Shown piece by piece: positions 1 to 8,614 of a stretch of 20,000 nucleotides of DNA. The DNA lies in the IMG/VR virus record IMGVR_UViG_3300012950_000001. One strand, written 5' to 3'. The position numbers were made by a program, and so were the translations under genes. Every line of letters begins with the position of its first letter. The stretch's first letter is position 1. The notes beneath the pieces are model-generated. The model saw nothing but the letters and a program-made list of their open reading frames with translations, made no database searches and was not told the origin of the DNA. The DNA is from an uncultured virus (IMG/VR IMGVR_UViG_3300012950_000001) (Duplodnaviria; Heunggongvirae; Uroviricota; Caudoviricetes).

Positions 1-1
1 A

Positions 2-1273
2 GAGCAATGTCTCCGTGAGAACCAAGAATTCCTTGGAGAGGCTTCACCAACTAACTCTGCTGGAACAGGTGGATTTAGTGGTTCTTCAACACCATCTGGT
101 CCAGTTGCAGGTTTCGACCCTGTACTGATCTCATTGATCCGTCGTGCAATGCCTAACTTGGTCGCTTATGACCTCGCTGGCGTACAACCAATGAGTGGTC
201 CTACTGGACTTATCTTCGCAATGCGTTCTCGCTACACGAATCAGAGTGGAACTGAAGCTCTATTCGATGAGCCAGATTCAGCATTCTCTGGACAGAACAG
301 CGCTGAGAGCCTTACAGGAGGATTCTCTGACGGCAACGCTGGTTTCGGTACTACTTCTCAAAGTGGTTCTAACCCATCTGTTCTTAACCCAGTTGGTTCT
401 GCTACAACCTCTGCCTACGACGTAGGACAAGGTATGCAGACAGGAGACTCCGAAGCTTTAGGCGACGGTGCTTCTAACCATTTCCAAGAAATGGCCTTCA
501 GCATTGAGAAAGTAACAGTTACTGCGAAATCTCGTGCGCTAAAAGCTGAGTACAGTTTAGAATTGGCTCAGGACCTTAAGGCAATCCACGGACTAAACGC
601 TGAGTCTGAACTCGCAAACATTCTCTCAACAGAGATTCTTGCTGAGATCAACCGTGAAGTTATCCGTACAATCTATAAGATTGCTGAACAGGGTGCAACA
701 GTTAATACTGCAACTGCTGGTGCTTTCGACTTAGACGTTGATAGTAATGGTCGTTGGTCAGTTGAGAAATTCAAGGGACTTCTCTTCCAAATCGAAAGAG
801 ATGCTAACCAGATCGCTCAAAGAACTCGTCGTGGAAAGGGTAACGTTGTCCTTTGCTCTGCTGACGTTGCTTCTGCATTGACAATGGCTGGAATCCTTGA
901 TTACACACCTGCACTTAATGCTAACTTGAACGTTGATGACACTGGCAATACATTTGCTGGAACATTGGCTGGTAAGTTTAAGGTCTATATTGACCCATTC
1001 GCTGCTAACAATAGTGCTGATCAGTACTATGTAATCGGTTACAAGGGATCTAACCCTTATGACGCTGGACTGTTCTACTGCCCATACGTTCCTCTTCAGA
1101 TGGTTCGTGCAGTTGGACAAGACACCTTCCAACCAAAAATTGGCTTTAAGACTCGTTACGGAATCGTTGCAAACCCATTTGCCGAAGGTAACGTATCTAA
1201 CCAAGGTCTTGGAAGACTTCTTGCTAACGCTAACCGTTACTACAGACGTGTTAAGGTTCAAAACCTTATGTAA
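2..1273 (+). CDS. gp23: Major capsid protein (T4 gp23 family), 5'-truncated by the window
   Basis: The frame is open from position 2 (EQCLRENQEF...GPVAGFDPVLISLIRRAMP), so the ORF-track start at 134 is internal. Hallmark gp23 motifs: GVQPMSGPTGLIFAMRSRY, EMAFSIEK, AKSRALKAEYSLELAQDLKAIHG, FYCPYVPL, FQPKIGFKTRYG. Confidence 0.98.
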   Translation, partial: EQCLRENQEFLGEASPTNSAGTGGFSGSSTPSGPVAGFDPVLISLIRRAMPNLVAYDLAGVQPMSGPTGLIFAMRSRYTNQSGTEALFDEPDSAFSGQNSAESLTGGFSDGNAGFGTTSQSGSNPSVLNPVGSATTSAYDVGQGMQTGDSEALGDGASNHFQEMAFSIEKVTVTAKSRALKAEYSLELAQDLKAIHGLNAESELANILSTEILAEINREVIRTIYKIAEQGATVNTATAGAFDLDVDSNGRWSVEKFKGLLFQIERDANQIAQRTRRGKGNVVLCSADVASALTMAGILDYTPALNANLNVDDTGNTFAGTLAGKFKVYIDPFAANNSADQYYVIGYKGSNPYDAGLFYCPYVPLQMVRAVGQDTFQPKIGFKTRYGIVANPFAEGNVSNQGLGRLLANANRYYRRVKVQNLM

Positions 1274-1301
1274 GACAGAAGGAAATAATTCCTTTATTCA
1301 A

Positions 1302-1331
1302 GAGAGACTCCTTTGGGGGGTCTCTTTTTTT
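1302..1331 (+). terminator. Intrinsic terminator after gp23
   Basis: Stem AGAGACTCC...GGGGTCTCT (with G-U pairing) followed by a T run, about 30 nt after the gp23 stop. Confidence 0.85.
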
Positions 1332-1363
1332 GTGCCTATATACTAAACCATATTATTGTCATT

Positions 1364-1918
1364 ATGAATAAATGGATTGGCATTAGTTTGGGTGCGGTCA
1401 TAGGACTATCACATATTGGTATGATAGGTATGATATCCAGACAAAGTAAGTTTCCTGTAGTAAATGTTCCTGTTGGTCCTTATACATCTTATGAAGTAGA
1501 GGCAGGACAGAAAGGATATAGGATTCAATATCGTGCAAACGATCCCAAGGTGATGCATGTGGAACGGGATATAAAGAAGAAAGGTGGCTTTCTGGGATTG
1601 GGTAACAACACCGTTAAAGTCAGGCAACAATACACAATGGATGGGATTCAGAACTTGGTTAATCCAGTGGGAGGACAACAAGACCCAAAGAATGTCGCCT
1701 GCATCGAGGCAATCGGTGGTGGAAAGTCAACAGGAAAAATGGTCGGTGCTAGTGTTGGTGCTGCTGTGGCCCCTGCTCTCACTGGGATTCCCTTCGTTGG
1801 TTGGGTTCTTGCTGGAGCGGCTACGATGATGGGCATGGATGCAGGTTCTGATGTTGGTGGTACTATGGTTGAAAGTATCAATCCTAATTGTGATCCTCCA
1901 GAATTACAAGATAAATAA
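1364..1918 (+). CDS. Hypothetical membrane protein with N-terminal hydrophobic segment and C-terminal glycine-zipper-like hairpin
   Basis: ATG at 1364 (MNKWIGISLG...) preferred because the track start at 1313 lies inside the terminator. C-terminal GASVGAAVAPALTGIPFVGWVLAGAATMMG. Confidence 0.8.
   Translation: MNKWIGISLGAVIGLSHIGMIGMISRQSKFPVVNVPVGPYTSYEVEAGQKGYRIQYRANDPKVMHVERDIKKKGGFLGLGNNTVKVRQQYTMDGIQNLVNPVGGQQDPKNVACIEAIGGGKSTGKMVGASVGAAVAPALTGIPFVGWVLAGAATMMGMDAGSDVGGTMVESINPNCDPPELQDK
1910..1917 (+). promoter_or_regulatory. Probable T4-type late promoter (NATAAATA variant) for gp3
   Basis: GATAAATA ends 14 nt before the gp3 ATG; T4 late consensus is TATAAATA. Confidence 0.55.
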
Positions 1919-1930
1919 AAGTAAAAGCCA

Positions 1931-2491
1931 ATGGCAACAACTGGATCTGGCAAGGCAACTGCCTGGGATAGACAATTAAAGAATAGGAACTTTCTATCCC
2001 CTGCTGGATTTAAGTTCAATTTGTCTAGAGCTCCAAAGGTTGATTTCTTTTCTAACTCTGTAACTATACCAAATATAAATTTGGGAGTTGCAATTCAAGC
2101 AAGTTATCTTAAGGATATACCAGTTCCTGGCGATAAAATATCTTATGGTGATCTTGAAGTACAGTTCTTTGTAGATGAAAATCTAGAGAATTATTTACAG
2201 GTACATGATTGGATTAGAGCCTTAGGTTTTCCAGAGTCAATAAATGAGACAATACCTTTAACAGTCAATCCAGATGATCTTGAAGGTAGTGCATATTCCG
2301 ATGGAACACTATTGGTTTATAACAGTAGTTTCAATGCAGTAGCGAAAGTAACATTCCAAAGTCTTTTTCCTTCTTCATTAACCTCAGTGGAATTTAACGC
2401 TCAGACTACTGATATAAATTATATTATGGCGACAGCCTCTTTCAAATATACTATTTTTAATGTGGAGAGTTTAGTAGGTAATGAATCTTGA
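1931..2491 (+). CDS. gp3: Tail completion / tail tube terminator protein (T4 gp3-like)
   Basis: NRNFLSPAGFKF, VTIPNINLG, PVPGDKISYGDL, FFVDENLENY, SDGTL motifs; usual position between gp23 and uvsY. Confidence 0.88.
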   Translation: MATTGSGKATAWDRQLKNRNFLSPAGFKFNLSRAPKVDFFSNSVTIPNINLGVAIQASYLKDIPVPGDKISYGDLEVQFFVDENLENYLQVHDWIRALGFPESINETIPLTVNPDDLEGSAYSDGTLLVYNSSFNAVAKVTFQSLFPSSLTSVEFNAQTTDINYIMATASFKYTIFNVESLVGNES

Positions 2492-2909
2492 ATTTATACA
2501 GGAACTTTGGGAAAAGGACTCTGTAATTGATAATGAATTATTGCACTCCGAATCAACAAGAGTGCCAGCTCTACATGCTAAGTATTATAAAATCTACAAT
2601 AATATCTTAACGCTTAAGAGAGCTCAAGAGACTAAGTATAAAGTTTTAAAGAAAGAGAAGTGGCAATATTATACAGGTAAAGCATCACCAGAGGTGTATC
2701 AAGAAAAACCTTTTGACTTTAAAGTCATAAAGTCTGACTTGGGAATATACTTTGATGGAGATGAGGATCTAATTAAATGTATTGCTAAGATAGATTACTA
2801 TCAGATAATGTTAGATTATCTTGATAGTATTTTAAAGGTTATATTGAATCGAACATACCAAATAAAGAATGCCATTGAATGGCAAAGATTTACGAGGGGT
2901 TATGACTGA
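2481..2909 (+). CDS. uvsY: Recombination mediator UvsY
   Basis: 142-aa helical protein with WEKDSVID, LHAKY, YYTGKA, NRTYQIKNAIEW; directly upstream of uvsW. Confidence 0.9.
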   Translation: MNLEFIQELWEKDSVIDNELLHSESTRVPALHAKYYKIYNNILTLKRAQETKYKVLKKEKWQYYTGKASPEVYQEKPFDFKVIKSDLGIYFDGDEDLIKCIAKIDYYQIMLDYLDSILKVILNRTYQIKNAIEWQRFTRGYD

Positions 2910-4362
2910 TCTTACTATTGCTAAGAAGAACGAGGTCTATCTAACTGTAGATGCACAACCTCATGTTCAACAGGAACTATCAGATTATTGTACGTTTGAT
3001 GTCCCTGGCGCAAAGTTCATGCCTCAGTATAAGAGTAGGCATTGGGATGGTAAGATAAGATTATTTTCAACTGCTACTGGTGAGATATATGTTGGTCTTC
3101 TTGATAAGGTTGTTGCATGGGCAAAGAAGTCAGAATATACAGTACAGTTTCTTAACAATGAACATTATGGACCACCCTTTGAACAGAACGAAGAGATATC
3201 AAAGACTGGTGTAAAAGATTATATGGATTCAATCTCTCAAATTAAACCAAGAGATTATCAGATTGAAGGAGTATATGATGCATTAAAACATAATAGGAGA
3301 CTAGTCATATCCCCTACGGGATCTGGTAAATCTTTAATGATATATTCTATTGCAAGATATCATGTTGGATATAAACGTAAAACTTTATTAGTTGTTCCAA
3401 CAACATCTCTTGTTGAACAGATGTATAAAGACTTTGAACAGTATGGATGGGATTCTGAGAAATATTGTCATAAGGTATATTCTGGCCAGCATAAAAGTAC
3501 CAATAAAATTGTAACCATAACAACATGGCAATCAATCTATAAACTGGATAAGAAATGGTTTAGTCAATTTGATGTTATAATAGGAGATGAAGCACATCAA
3601 TTTAAATCCAAATCATTAGTTGGTATCATGTCTAAACTTAGAGATACGAAATATAGATATGGTTTTACTGGAACTTTAAGTGGAGCACAGACACACAAGT
3701 GGGTACTAGAAGGATTGTTTGGACCTAGTTATAGTGTAACCAGAACAAAAGATCTCATAGATAAAGGTCATTTATCTAAATTAGATATTAGAATATTAGT
3801 ATTGAAACATGAACCTAGGACGTTTGATACCTATGAAGATGAAGTTCAATACATCATTTCACATGAGAAAAGAAATAATTTTATACGAGATTTATCTTTA
3901 ACTCTAAAAGGTAACACTTTAATTCTTTACAGTAGGGTTGAAACCCACGGGGAAATATTATATAATTCTATAAATAGTTCGGTAGATGATGTACGTAAGG
4001 TCTTTTTTATCCACGGTGGTGTAGATGTTGAAGATCGAGAGTCCGTCAGAGAAATAACGGAGAACGAAGAAAATGCTATCATTGTTGCGTCTTACGGGAC
4101 TTTCAGTACTGGTATTAACATTAAGCGTTTGCACAATATCGTGTTCGCAAGCCCCAGTAAGTCCAGAATTAGAAACCTCCAGTCAATCGGTAGAGTCTTA
4201 AGAAAAGGAAAAGGTAAGGTACGAGCTATGCTTTATGACATAGCTGATGATACAACCTGTGATCATATTCGTAATTATACATTGAATCACTTAGTTGAAA
4301 GGATCAAGGTGTATAATGAAGAGAAATTTAATTATGAATTTAACTCAATAAGGCTGAAATAA
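2902..4362 (+). CDS. uvsW: UvsW SF2 RNA-DNA/DNA-DNA helicase
   Basis: PRDYQ, Walker A SPTGSGKS, DEAH, GFTGT, STGINI, QSIGRVLR, N-terminal WDGKIRLF. ATG 2902 follows the SD-like GAGGGG. Confidence 0.96.
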   Translation: MTDLTIAKKNEVYLTVDAQPHVQQELSDYCTFDVPGAKFMPQYKSRHWDGKIRLFSTATGEIYVGLLDKVVAWAKKSEYTVQFLNNEHYGPPFEQNEEISKTGVKDYMDSISQIKPRDYQIEGVYDALKHNRRLVISPTGSGKSLMIYSIARYHVGYKRKTLLVVPTTSLVEQMYKDFEQYGWDSEKYCHKVYSGQHKSTNKIVTITTWQSIYKLDKKWFSQFDVIIGDEAHQFKSKSLVGIMSKLRDTKYRYGFTGTLSGAQTHKWVLEGLFGPSYSVTRTKDLIDKGHLSKLDIRILVLKHEPRTFDTYEDEVQYIISHEKRNNFIRDLSLTLKGNTLILYSRVETHGEILYNSINSSVDDVRKVFFIHGGVDVEDRESVREITENEENAIIVASYGTFSTGINIKRLHNIVFASPSKSRIRNLQSIGRVLRKGKGKVRAMLYDIADDTTCDHIRNYTLNHLVERIKVYNEEKFNYEFNSIRLK

Positions 4363-4363
4363 T

Positions 4364-4774
4364 ATGGACGAAGAATTCTATGGATCGATAAAATTGGTTT
4401 CTGGCGAAGAGATCTTCGCTGAAGTTCTTCCTGTGGAAGAAAATGGTCGCACCGTTTTGGTTTTGTCGGACCCCGTAGAAATTGAAACTGTTGCAGTTAA
4501 TGGATCTGCTGAAGGTCTAAGAATGATGCCTTGGTTACGTAGCATCCCTAAAGAGGGACTAGTAATCATTCCTATGGATAAAGTTATTACAGTAGTAGAA
4601 GCTTCTGAAGATTCTGAAGTAGTTTCTTACTATACAAAATTTGTTATGGCTAATTTTACTAATGGTTCTGAAAGAATTAAAGTAACCAAGAAGATGGGTT
4701 ATTTAAATTCTGTCGAGAAGGCTAGAGAACAATTAGAGAAGCTTTATAACAATACTCCAAATACACCAGATTAG
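4364..4774 (+). CDS. Conserved cyanomyovirus hypothetical protein (possible Sm-like beta fold)
   Basis: 136 aa; SIKLVSGEEIFAEV...MMPW...VITVVE pattern recalled for the gene between uvsW and gp55; starts 2 nt after the uvsW stop. Confidence 0.8.
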   Translation: MDEEFYGSIKLVSGEEIFAEVLPVEENGRTVLVLSDPVEIETVAVNGSAEGLRMMPWLRSIPKEGLVIIPMDKVITVVEASEDSEVVSYYTKFVMANFTNGSERIKVTKKMGYLNSVEKAREQLEKLYNNTPNTPD

Positions 4775-4799
4775 CATCCCTTTGAACCCTGGCAGAGTT

Positions 4800-4828
4800 A
4801 TCATACTGATAAACGGGGGACTTGTCAA
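4800..4828 (-). promoter_or_regulatory. Antisense sigma70-type promoter
   Basis: The minus strand reads TTGACA (4828-4823), 17-nt spacer AGTCCCCCGTTTATCAG, TATGAT (4805-4800). Confidence 0.7.
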
Positions 4829-4850
4829 GTAGGTATAATTATGGTAGTAT
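4822..4850 (+). promoter_or_regulatory. Sigma70-type promoter for the gp55 operon
   Basis: TTGTCA (4822-4827), 17-nt spacer ending TGG (extended -10), TAGTAT (4845-4850), 30 nt before the gp55 ATG. Confidence 0.65.
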
Positions 4851-4879
4851 ATAAACAAAGTTAGATTGTCAAAGATGAT

Positions 4880-5362
4880 ATGCCCGCAGCAAAAGGCCGA
4901 AAGAGATCAGAACACTATGTAAATAACAAGGAATTTCTGTACGCTATCGTACAGTATAAAACGGATGTAAAGGAAGCTTTAGAAAAAGGTGATCCTAAAC
5001 CACGTATTAGTAATTACCTTGGTGAGTGTTTCTTAAAGATTGCGACACACCTGTCGTACAAACCAAACTTCGTGAATTACATGTTTAGGGAGGATATGAT
5101 TTGTGATGGAATTGAAAATTGCGTTCAATACATACATAACTTTAATCCAGAGAAATCTACAAACCCTTTTGCTTACTTCACCCAGATTATACACTACGCA
5201 TTTCTTCGGAGGATCCAGAAAGAGAAGAAACAAATGGAGATCCGTACAAAAATCATTGAGAAGTCGGGGTACGATGAAGTATTCACTGTTGATGATGATT
5301 ACGGCAGTCCTTCTGACTACAATTCTATAAAGGAAGCAGTTCAAACGAAGATGTATCAATGA
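4880..5362 (+). CDS. gp55: Late transcription sigma factor (T4 gp55)
   Basis: HYVNNKEF, YLGECFLKIA, LSYKPNFVNY, EDMICDGIENC, NPFAYFTQI, AFLRRIQKEKKQ. Confidence 0.96.
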   Translation: MPAAKGRKRSEHYVNNKEFLYAIVQYKTDVKEALEKGDPKPRISNYLGECFLKIATHLSYKPNFVNYMFREDMICDGIENCVQYIHNFNPEKSTNPFAYFTQIIHYAFLRRIQKEKKQMEIRTKIIEKSGYDEVFTVDDDYGSPSDYNSIKEAVQTKMYQ

Positions 5363-5526
5363 AGATCACCCAAAAGATTATTGATGACCTGACTGAGGCA
5401 TTGGCACATACCAAGAAGGATGGTACTGAGAATTGGAAAGATGGGGATGATATAGATGTATGTCTTGCTGGCACCTTTGCTAACGATAAATTCATTAGTC
5501 TTATTAATAGATCTAAAGACAAATGA
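5359..5526 (+). CDS. Small hypothetical protein, 55 aa (absent from ORF track)
   Basis: MKITQKIIDDLTEALAHTKKDGTENWKDGDDIDVCLAGTFANDKFISLINRSKDK*; ATGA overlaps with both the gp55 stop and the gp47 start. Confidence 0.85.
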   Translation: MKITQKIIDDLTEALAHTKKDGTENWKDGDDIDVCLAGTFANDKFISLINRSKDK

Positions 5527-6566
5527 AGATTGCAATTATAACTGACACTCACTTTGGTGGAAGGAGGGGGAGCAAAACTTTTCATGAGTTCTGGCAAAAA
5601 TTTTATGATAATGTTTTCTTTCCTGAGTTAGAGAAGAGGGATATAAAGTATTGCATCCACATGGGTGATGCTTTTGATAATAGAAAGAATGTAGATTACT
5701 GGTCTCTTAATTGGGCAAAAGAGAACGTATATGATAAGTTTAAAAATCTAGGTGTAAAAGTTTGGCAACTTGTAGGTAATCACGATGTTTATTATAAGAA
5801 TACCAATAAGATTAACTCTGTTGATTCTCTTCTATGCAGTTACGATAACATTGTCCCTATATCTAAGCCTGGAGAATATGATATTAACGGGTTCAAAGCC
5901 TTCATGCTCCCTTGGATCTGTGAAGACAATTTTATAGAAACTGAATCTGCTATTGCATCCACGGAATCTAAGATTGCTTTTGGCCACTTAGAGTTGCATG
6001 GGTTTGAATTGTATCCAGGCTGTGTTCAACAGAGAGGTATTGATAAGGAAATTATTTCCAAGTTTGATACAGTATTCTCAGGACACTATCATACTAGAAG
6101 TAATGATGGTCAAACCTTTTACTTAGGTAATCCATATGAGATGCATTGGAATGACTGTGGTGATAAGAGGGGGTTTAATATTCTTGATACGGATGATATG
6201 ACTATTGAGTTTGTTGAGAACCCATATCATATATTTGAGAAGATATATTATGAAGATACTCCCGCTGCTGCCTTTCCTGCACATCGGTATCAGGATAAGA
6301 TTGTTAAATTAATTGTCAGGAAGAAAACAAATCAGTTGCAATATCAGAAGTTTGTTGATAGACTGCTTGACTCTGGGGTATCGGACCTCAAAATTATAGA
6401 AAACACGGAGATCAATGATGCAGAGGTAGAGTTTGATGGCGAAAAGGTAGAGGATACCTTAACACTCTTAAATAAATATATTGAAGATTCAGATTTTGAA
6501 CTTAAGAAGGACCGAGTAAAGGAACTTTTAAAGGAAGTCTACATGGAAGCTTGCGAAATGGTTTGA
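5523..6566 (+). CDS. gp47: Recombination endonuclease subunit, Mre11/SbcD-like (T4 gp47)
   Basis: Metallophosphoesterase motifs DTHFG, GDAFD, GNHD, GHLE, SGHYH, YLGNP. Confidence 0.96.
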   Translation: MKIAIITDTHFGGRRGSKTFHEFWQKFYDNVFFPELEKRDIKYCIHMGDAFDNRKNVDYWSLNWAKENVYDKFKNLGVKVWQLVGNHDVYYKNTNKINSVDSLLCSYDNIVPISKPGEYDINGFKAFMLPWICEDNFIETESAIASTESKIAFGHLELHGFELYPGCVQQRGIDKEIISKFDTVFSGHYHTRSNDGQTFYLGNPYEMHWNDCGDKRGFNILDTDDMTIEFVENPYHIFEKIYYEDTPAAAFPAHRYQDKIVKLIVRKKTNQLQYQKFVDRLLDSGVSDLKIIENTEINDAEVEFDGEKVEDTLTLLNKYIEDSDFELKKDRVKELLKEVYMEACEMV

Positions 6567-6569
6567 CGT

Positions 6570-6857
6570 ATGTTTATACTATCCCTTTCTGGACAAGAAG
6601 GCTTAGGAGCCTATGCTTGTAAAGACGATCAAGGCAATCAAGCTTTGTATTTGTTCCAGCAAGAGGATGATGCAACAAGGTATATGGGTCTCCTAGAAGC
6701 AGATGACTCAGCACCATTATCAGTAGTCGAAATAGACGACCAACTTGCTTTTGAAACTTGCAAAAACCACAACTACAGATATGTTATCATCACTCCTGAT
6801 GATATTGTGATACCACCAACTGATTATGATTACATTCAAGACGATACGGTGGCGTAA
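6570..6857 (+). CDS. Conserved hypothetical protein (possibly DUF3110-like)
   Basis: 95 aa between gp47 and gp46; GAYA...LYLFQQEDDATRYMGLLEA...IITPDDIVIPP. Family call is from recall. Confidence 0.75.
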   Translation: MFILSLSGQEGLGAYACKDDQGNQALYLFQQEDDATRYMGLLEADDSAPLSVVEIDDQLAFETCKNHNYRYVIITPDDIVIPPTDYDYIQDDTVA

Positions 6858-8538
6858 CTTTCTATCCACAGGTAATATGTGGATTGAGATTGATATTACA
6901 AAATCTACTACAAATTTAATAGTTGGTGCGAATGGTGCTGGAAAGAGTACTATTTTAGATGCATTGTGTTTTGTTTTATTCAACAAACCTTTTAGAAAGA
7001 TATCAAAAGGTCAGTTGGTTAATACAATGAATGAGAAGGAATGTGAAGTACAAGTATCATTTTCTATAAGTTCTAGAGATTATCAGATCGTTAGGGGAAT
7101 AAAGCCAAATTTATTTGAGATCTATATTGATGGAAAGCTTCAAGACCAGTTTGCTTCTGCTATAGATCAACAGAAACATCTTGAAGATAATATTTTAAAA
7201 CTTAATTTCAAGTCATTTACACAGACGGTCATCTTAGGTTCTGCAACCTTTGTACCATTCATGCAATTAAAATCCTCACATAGGAGAGAGATTGTTGAGG
7301 ATCTTTTAGACATTAAGATATTCTCAGGTATGTCGACTATCCTTAGAGAAAGGATGCGTGGCATAAATGAAACAATAAGGGAACTCTCTGTTAAGAAAGA
7401 TATTGCAGAAGAGAAGATCCAGATGCAAAAGAGTTTTATTGCGGATCTTGATAGAAAGAGTAAAGATACTATTAAGAATAGAGAGGGAAGGTTAGATGGC
7501 CTTCATAAGGATATTAAAGAGTTGTTAAAAGAGAATGAGGATTATCTTAGTAAGTCCAAGTCTCATCAAGAAGAGTTACAGACTTTATCTTCTTCAAAGA
7601 CTGCTCTTAAAAAGATGAATACAATCCAGGCTAAACTGGATCAACGGATACAAACTATAACATCAGAACATAAATTTTTTAATGATAATACGGTTTGTCC
7701 TACATGCGAACAGGATATCCAAGAGGACTTTAGGCTAAATAGGGTGGGTGAAATCGAGGAGAAGGTAAATGAGATTAACTCCGCTTACAAGGATCTTCAA
7801 AAGTCTATAACCAAAGAACAAGAAAAGAACCAAAGGTTTATAGATGTCTCTCAGCAGGTCACACAATTAACGAATGACGTTTCAACAAACAATTTTAAAG
7901 TATCTGAATATCAACGACAAATCAGAGAATTTGAACAAGAAGTTCAAGACATTACCGATCAGATTGCAGACAGAGATACTGAAAGATCTACCCTTGAGAA
8001 ACTGCAAACAGACCTGAAGGAAGCAGAAAGTAATAAGTCCATACAAACAGAAGACATGTCTTACTTGGAGTTTGCAAGCTCTTTGATGAGAGATGGTGGG
8101 GTCAAGTCTAAAATTATTAAGAGATATCTTCCTATAATGAATAAGCAGATAAATCATTATCTGCAATTGATGGATTTCTATATTAATTTTACTCTTGATG
8201 GTGAGTTTAATGAAATAATAAAGTCACCTATCCATGAGAAATTCAGTTACGAGTCCTTCTCTGAAGGTGAAAAAATGCGAATTGATCTTGCTCTTCTCTT
8301 TACTTGGAGAGATATTGCTAAGATGAAAAATTCTTCTTCCACCAACCTATTGATCCTTGATGAGATCTTTGATAGTTCATTGGACAATGGTGGTACAGAC
8401 GAGTTTGTAAAGATAATTAGATATGTAATTAAGGATGCTCACATCTTTTTAATTACACACAAGTCGGAGGATTTGAACGATAGGTTTGATAACCTTATTA
8501 CTTTTGAGAAACTCAATGGGTTTAGTAAGATGGTATAG
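6826..8538 (+). CDS. gp46: Recombination ATPase, Rad50/SbcC-like (T4 gp46)
   Basis: Walker A GANGAGKST, coiled coil with zinc hook CPTC, signature FSEGE, Walker B LILDE, H-loop ITH. Confidence 0.97.
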   Translation: MITFKTIRWRNFLSTGNMWIEIDITKSTTNLIVGANGAGKSTILDALCFVLFNKPFRKISKGQLVNTMNEKECEVQVSFSISSRDYQIVRGIKPNLFEIYIDGKLQDQFASAIDQQKHLEDNILKLNFKSFTQTVILGSATFVPFMQLKSSHRREIVEDLLDIKIFSGMSTILRERMRGINETIRELSVKKDIAEEKIQMQKSFIADLDRKSKDTIKNREGRLDGLHKDIKELLKENEDYLSKSKSHQEELQTLSSSKTALKKMNTIQAKLDQRIQTITSEHKFFNDNTVCPTCEQDIQEDFRLNRVGEIEEKVNEINSAYKDLQKSITKEQEKNQRFIDVSQQVTQLTNDVSTNNFKVSEYQRQIREFEQEVQDITDQIADRDTERSTLEKLQTDLKEAESNKSIQTEDMSYLEFASSLMRDGGVKSKIIKRYLPIMNKQINHYLQLMDFYINFTLDGEFNEIIKSPIHEKFSYESFSEGEKMRIDLALLFTWRDIAKMKNSSSTNLLILDEIFDSSLDNGGTDEFVKIIRYVIKDAHIFLITHKSEDLNDRFDNLITFEKLNGFSKMV

Positions 8539-8610
8539 ACAGTTGTAGAAGCTGCACACCATTGTCCCATTACCCTCTAGATGCTGTTATTATAAGTGCA
8601 TACAAGAGGA
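8538..8610 (+). promoter_or_regulatory. Promoter module copy 1 (imperfect palindrome, extended -10, CATACAA, SD)
   Basis: ACAGTT-GTAG-AAGCTGC-ACA (8539-8558); TGT-TATTAT (-10 at 8588-8593); CATACAA 8599-8605; GAGGA 8606-8610. Confidence 0.7.
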
Positions 8611-8614
8611 CAAG

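Noticed and set aside
758..1261. 167-aa minus-strand ORF, plus other ORFs nested in gp23
   Set aside because: Shadow of the strongly codon-biased gp23; no recognisable motifs.
1648..2019. 123-aa minus-strand Pro/Ala-rich ORF
   Set aside because: Antisense mirror of Gly-rich codons in the + strand gene, and it also overlaps gp3.
3969..3976. Perfect TATAAATA late-promoter motif inside uvsW
   Set aside because: About 390 nt from the next start codon, in AT-rich coding DNA; cannot be distinguished from chance.
4378..4569. 63-aa minus-strand ORF downstream of the antisense promoter
   Set aside because: Fully antisense to a conserved gene, over 200 nt from the predicted TSS, and without recognisable motifs.
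5325..5597. 90-aa minus-strand ORF spanning the gp55-gp47 gap
   Set aside because: The gap is better explained by the coupled + strand 55-aa ORF.
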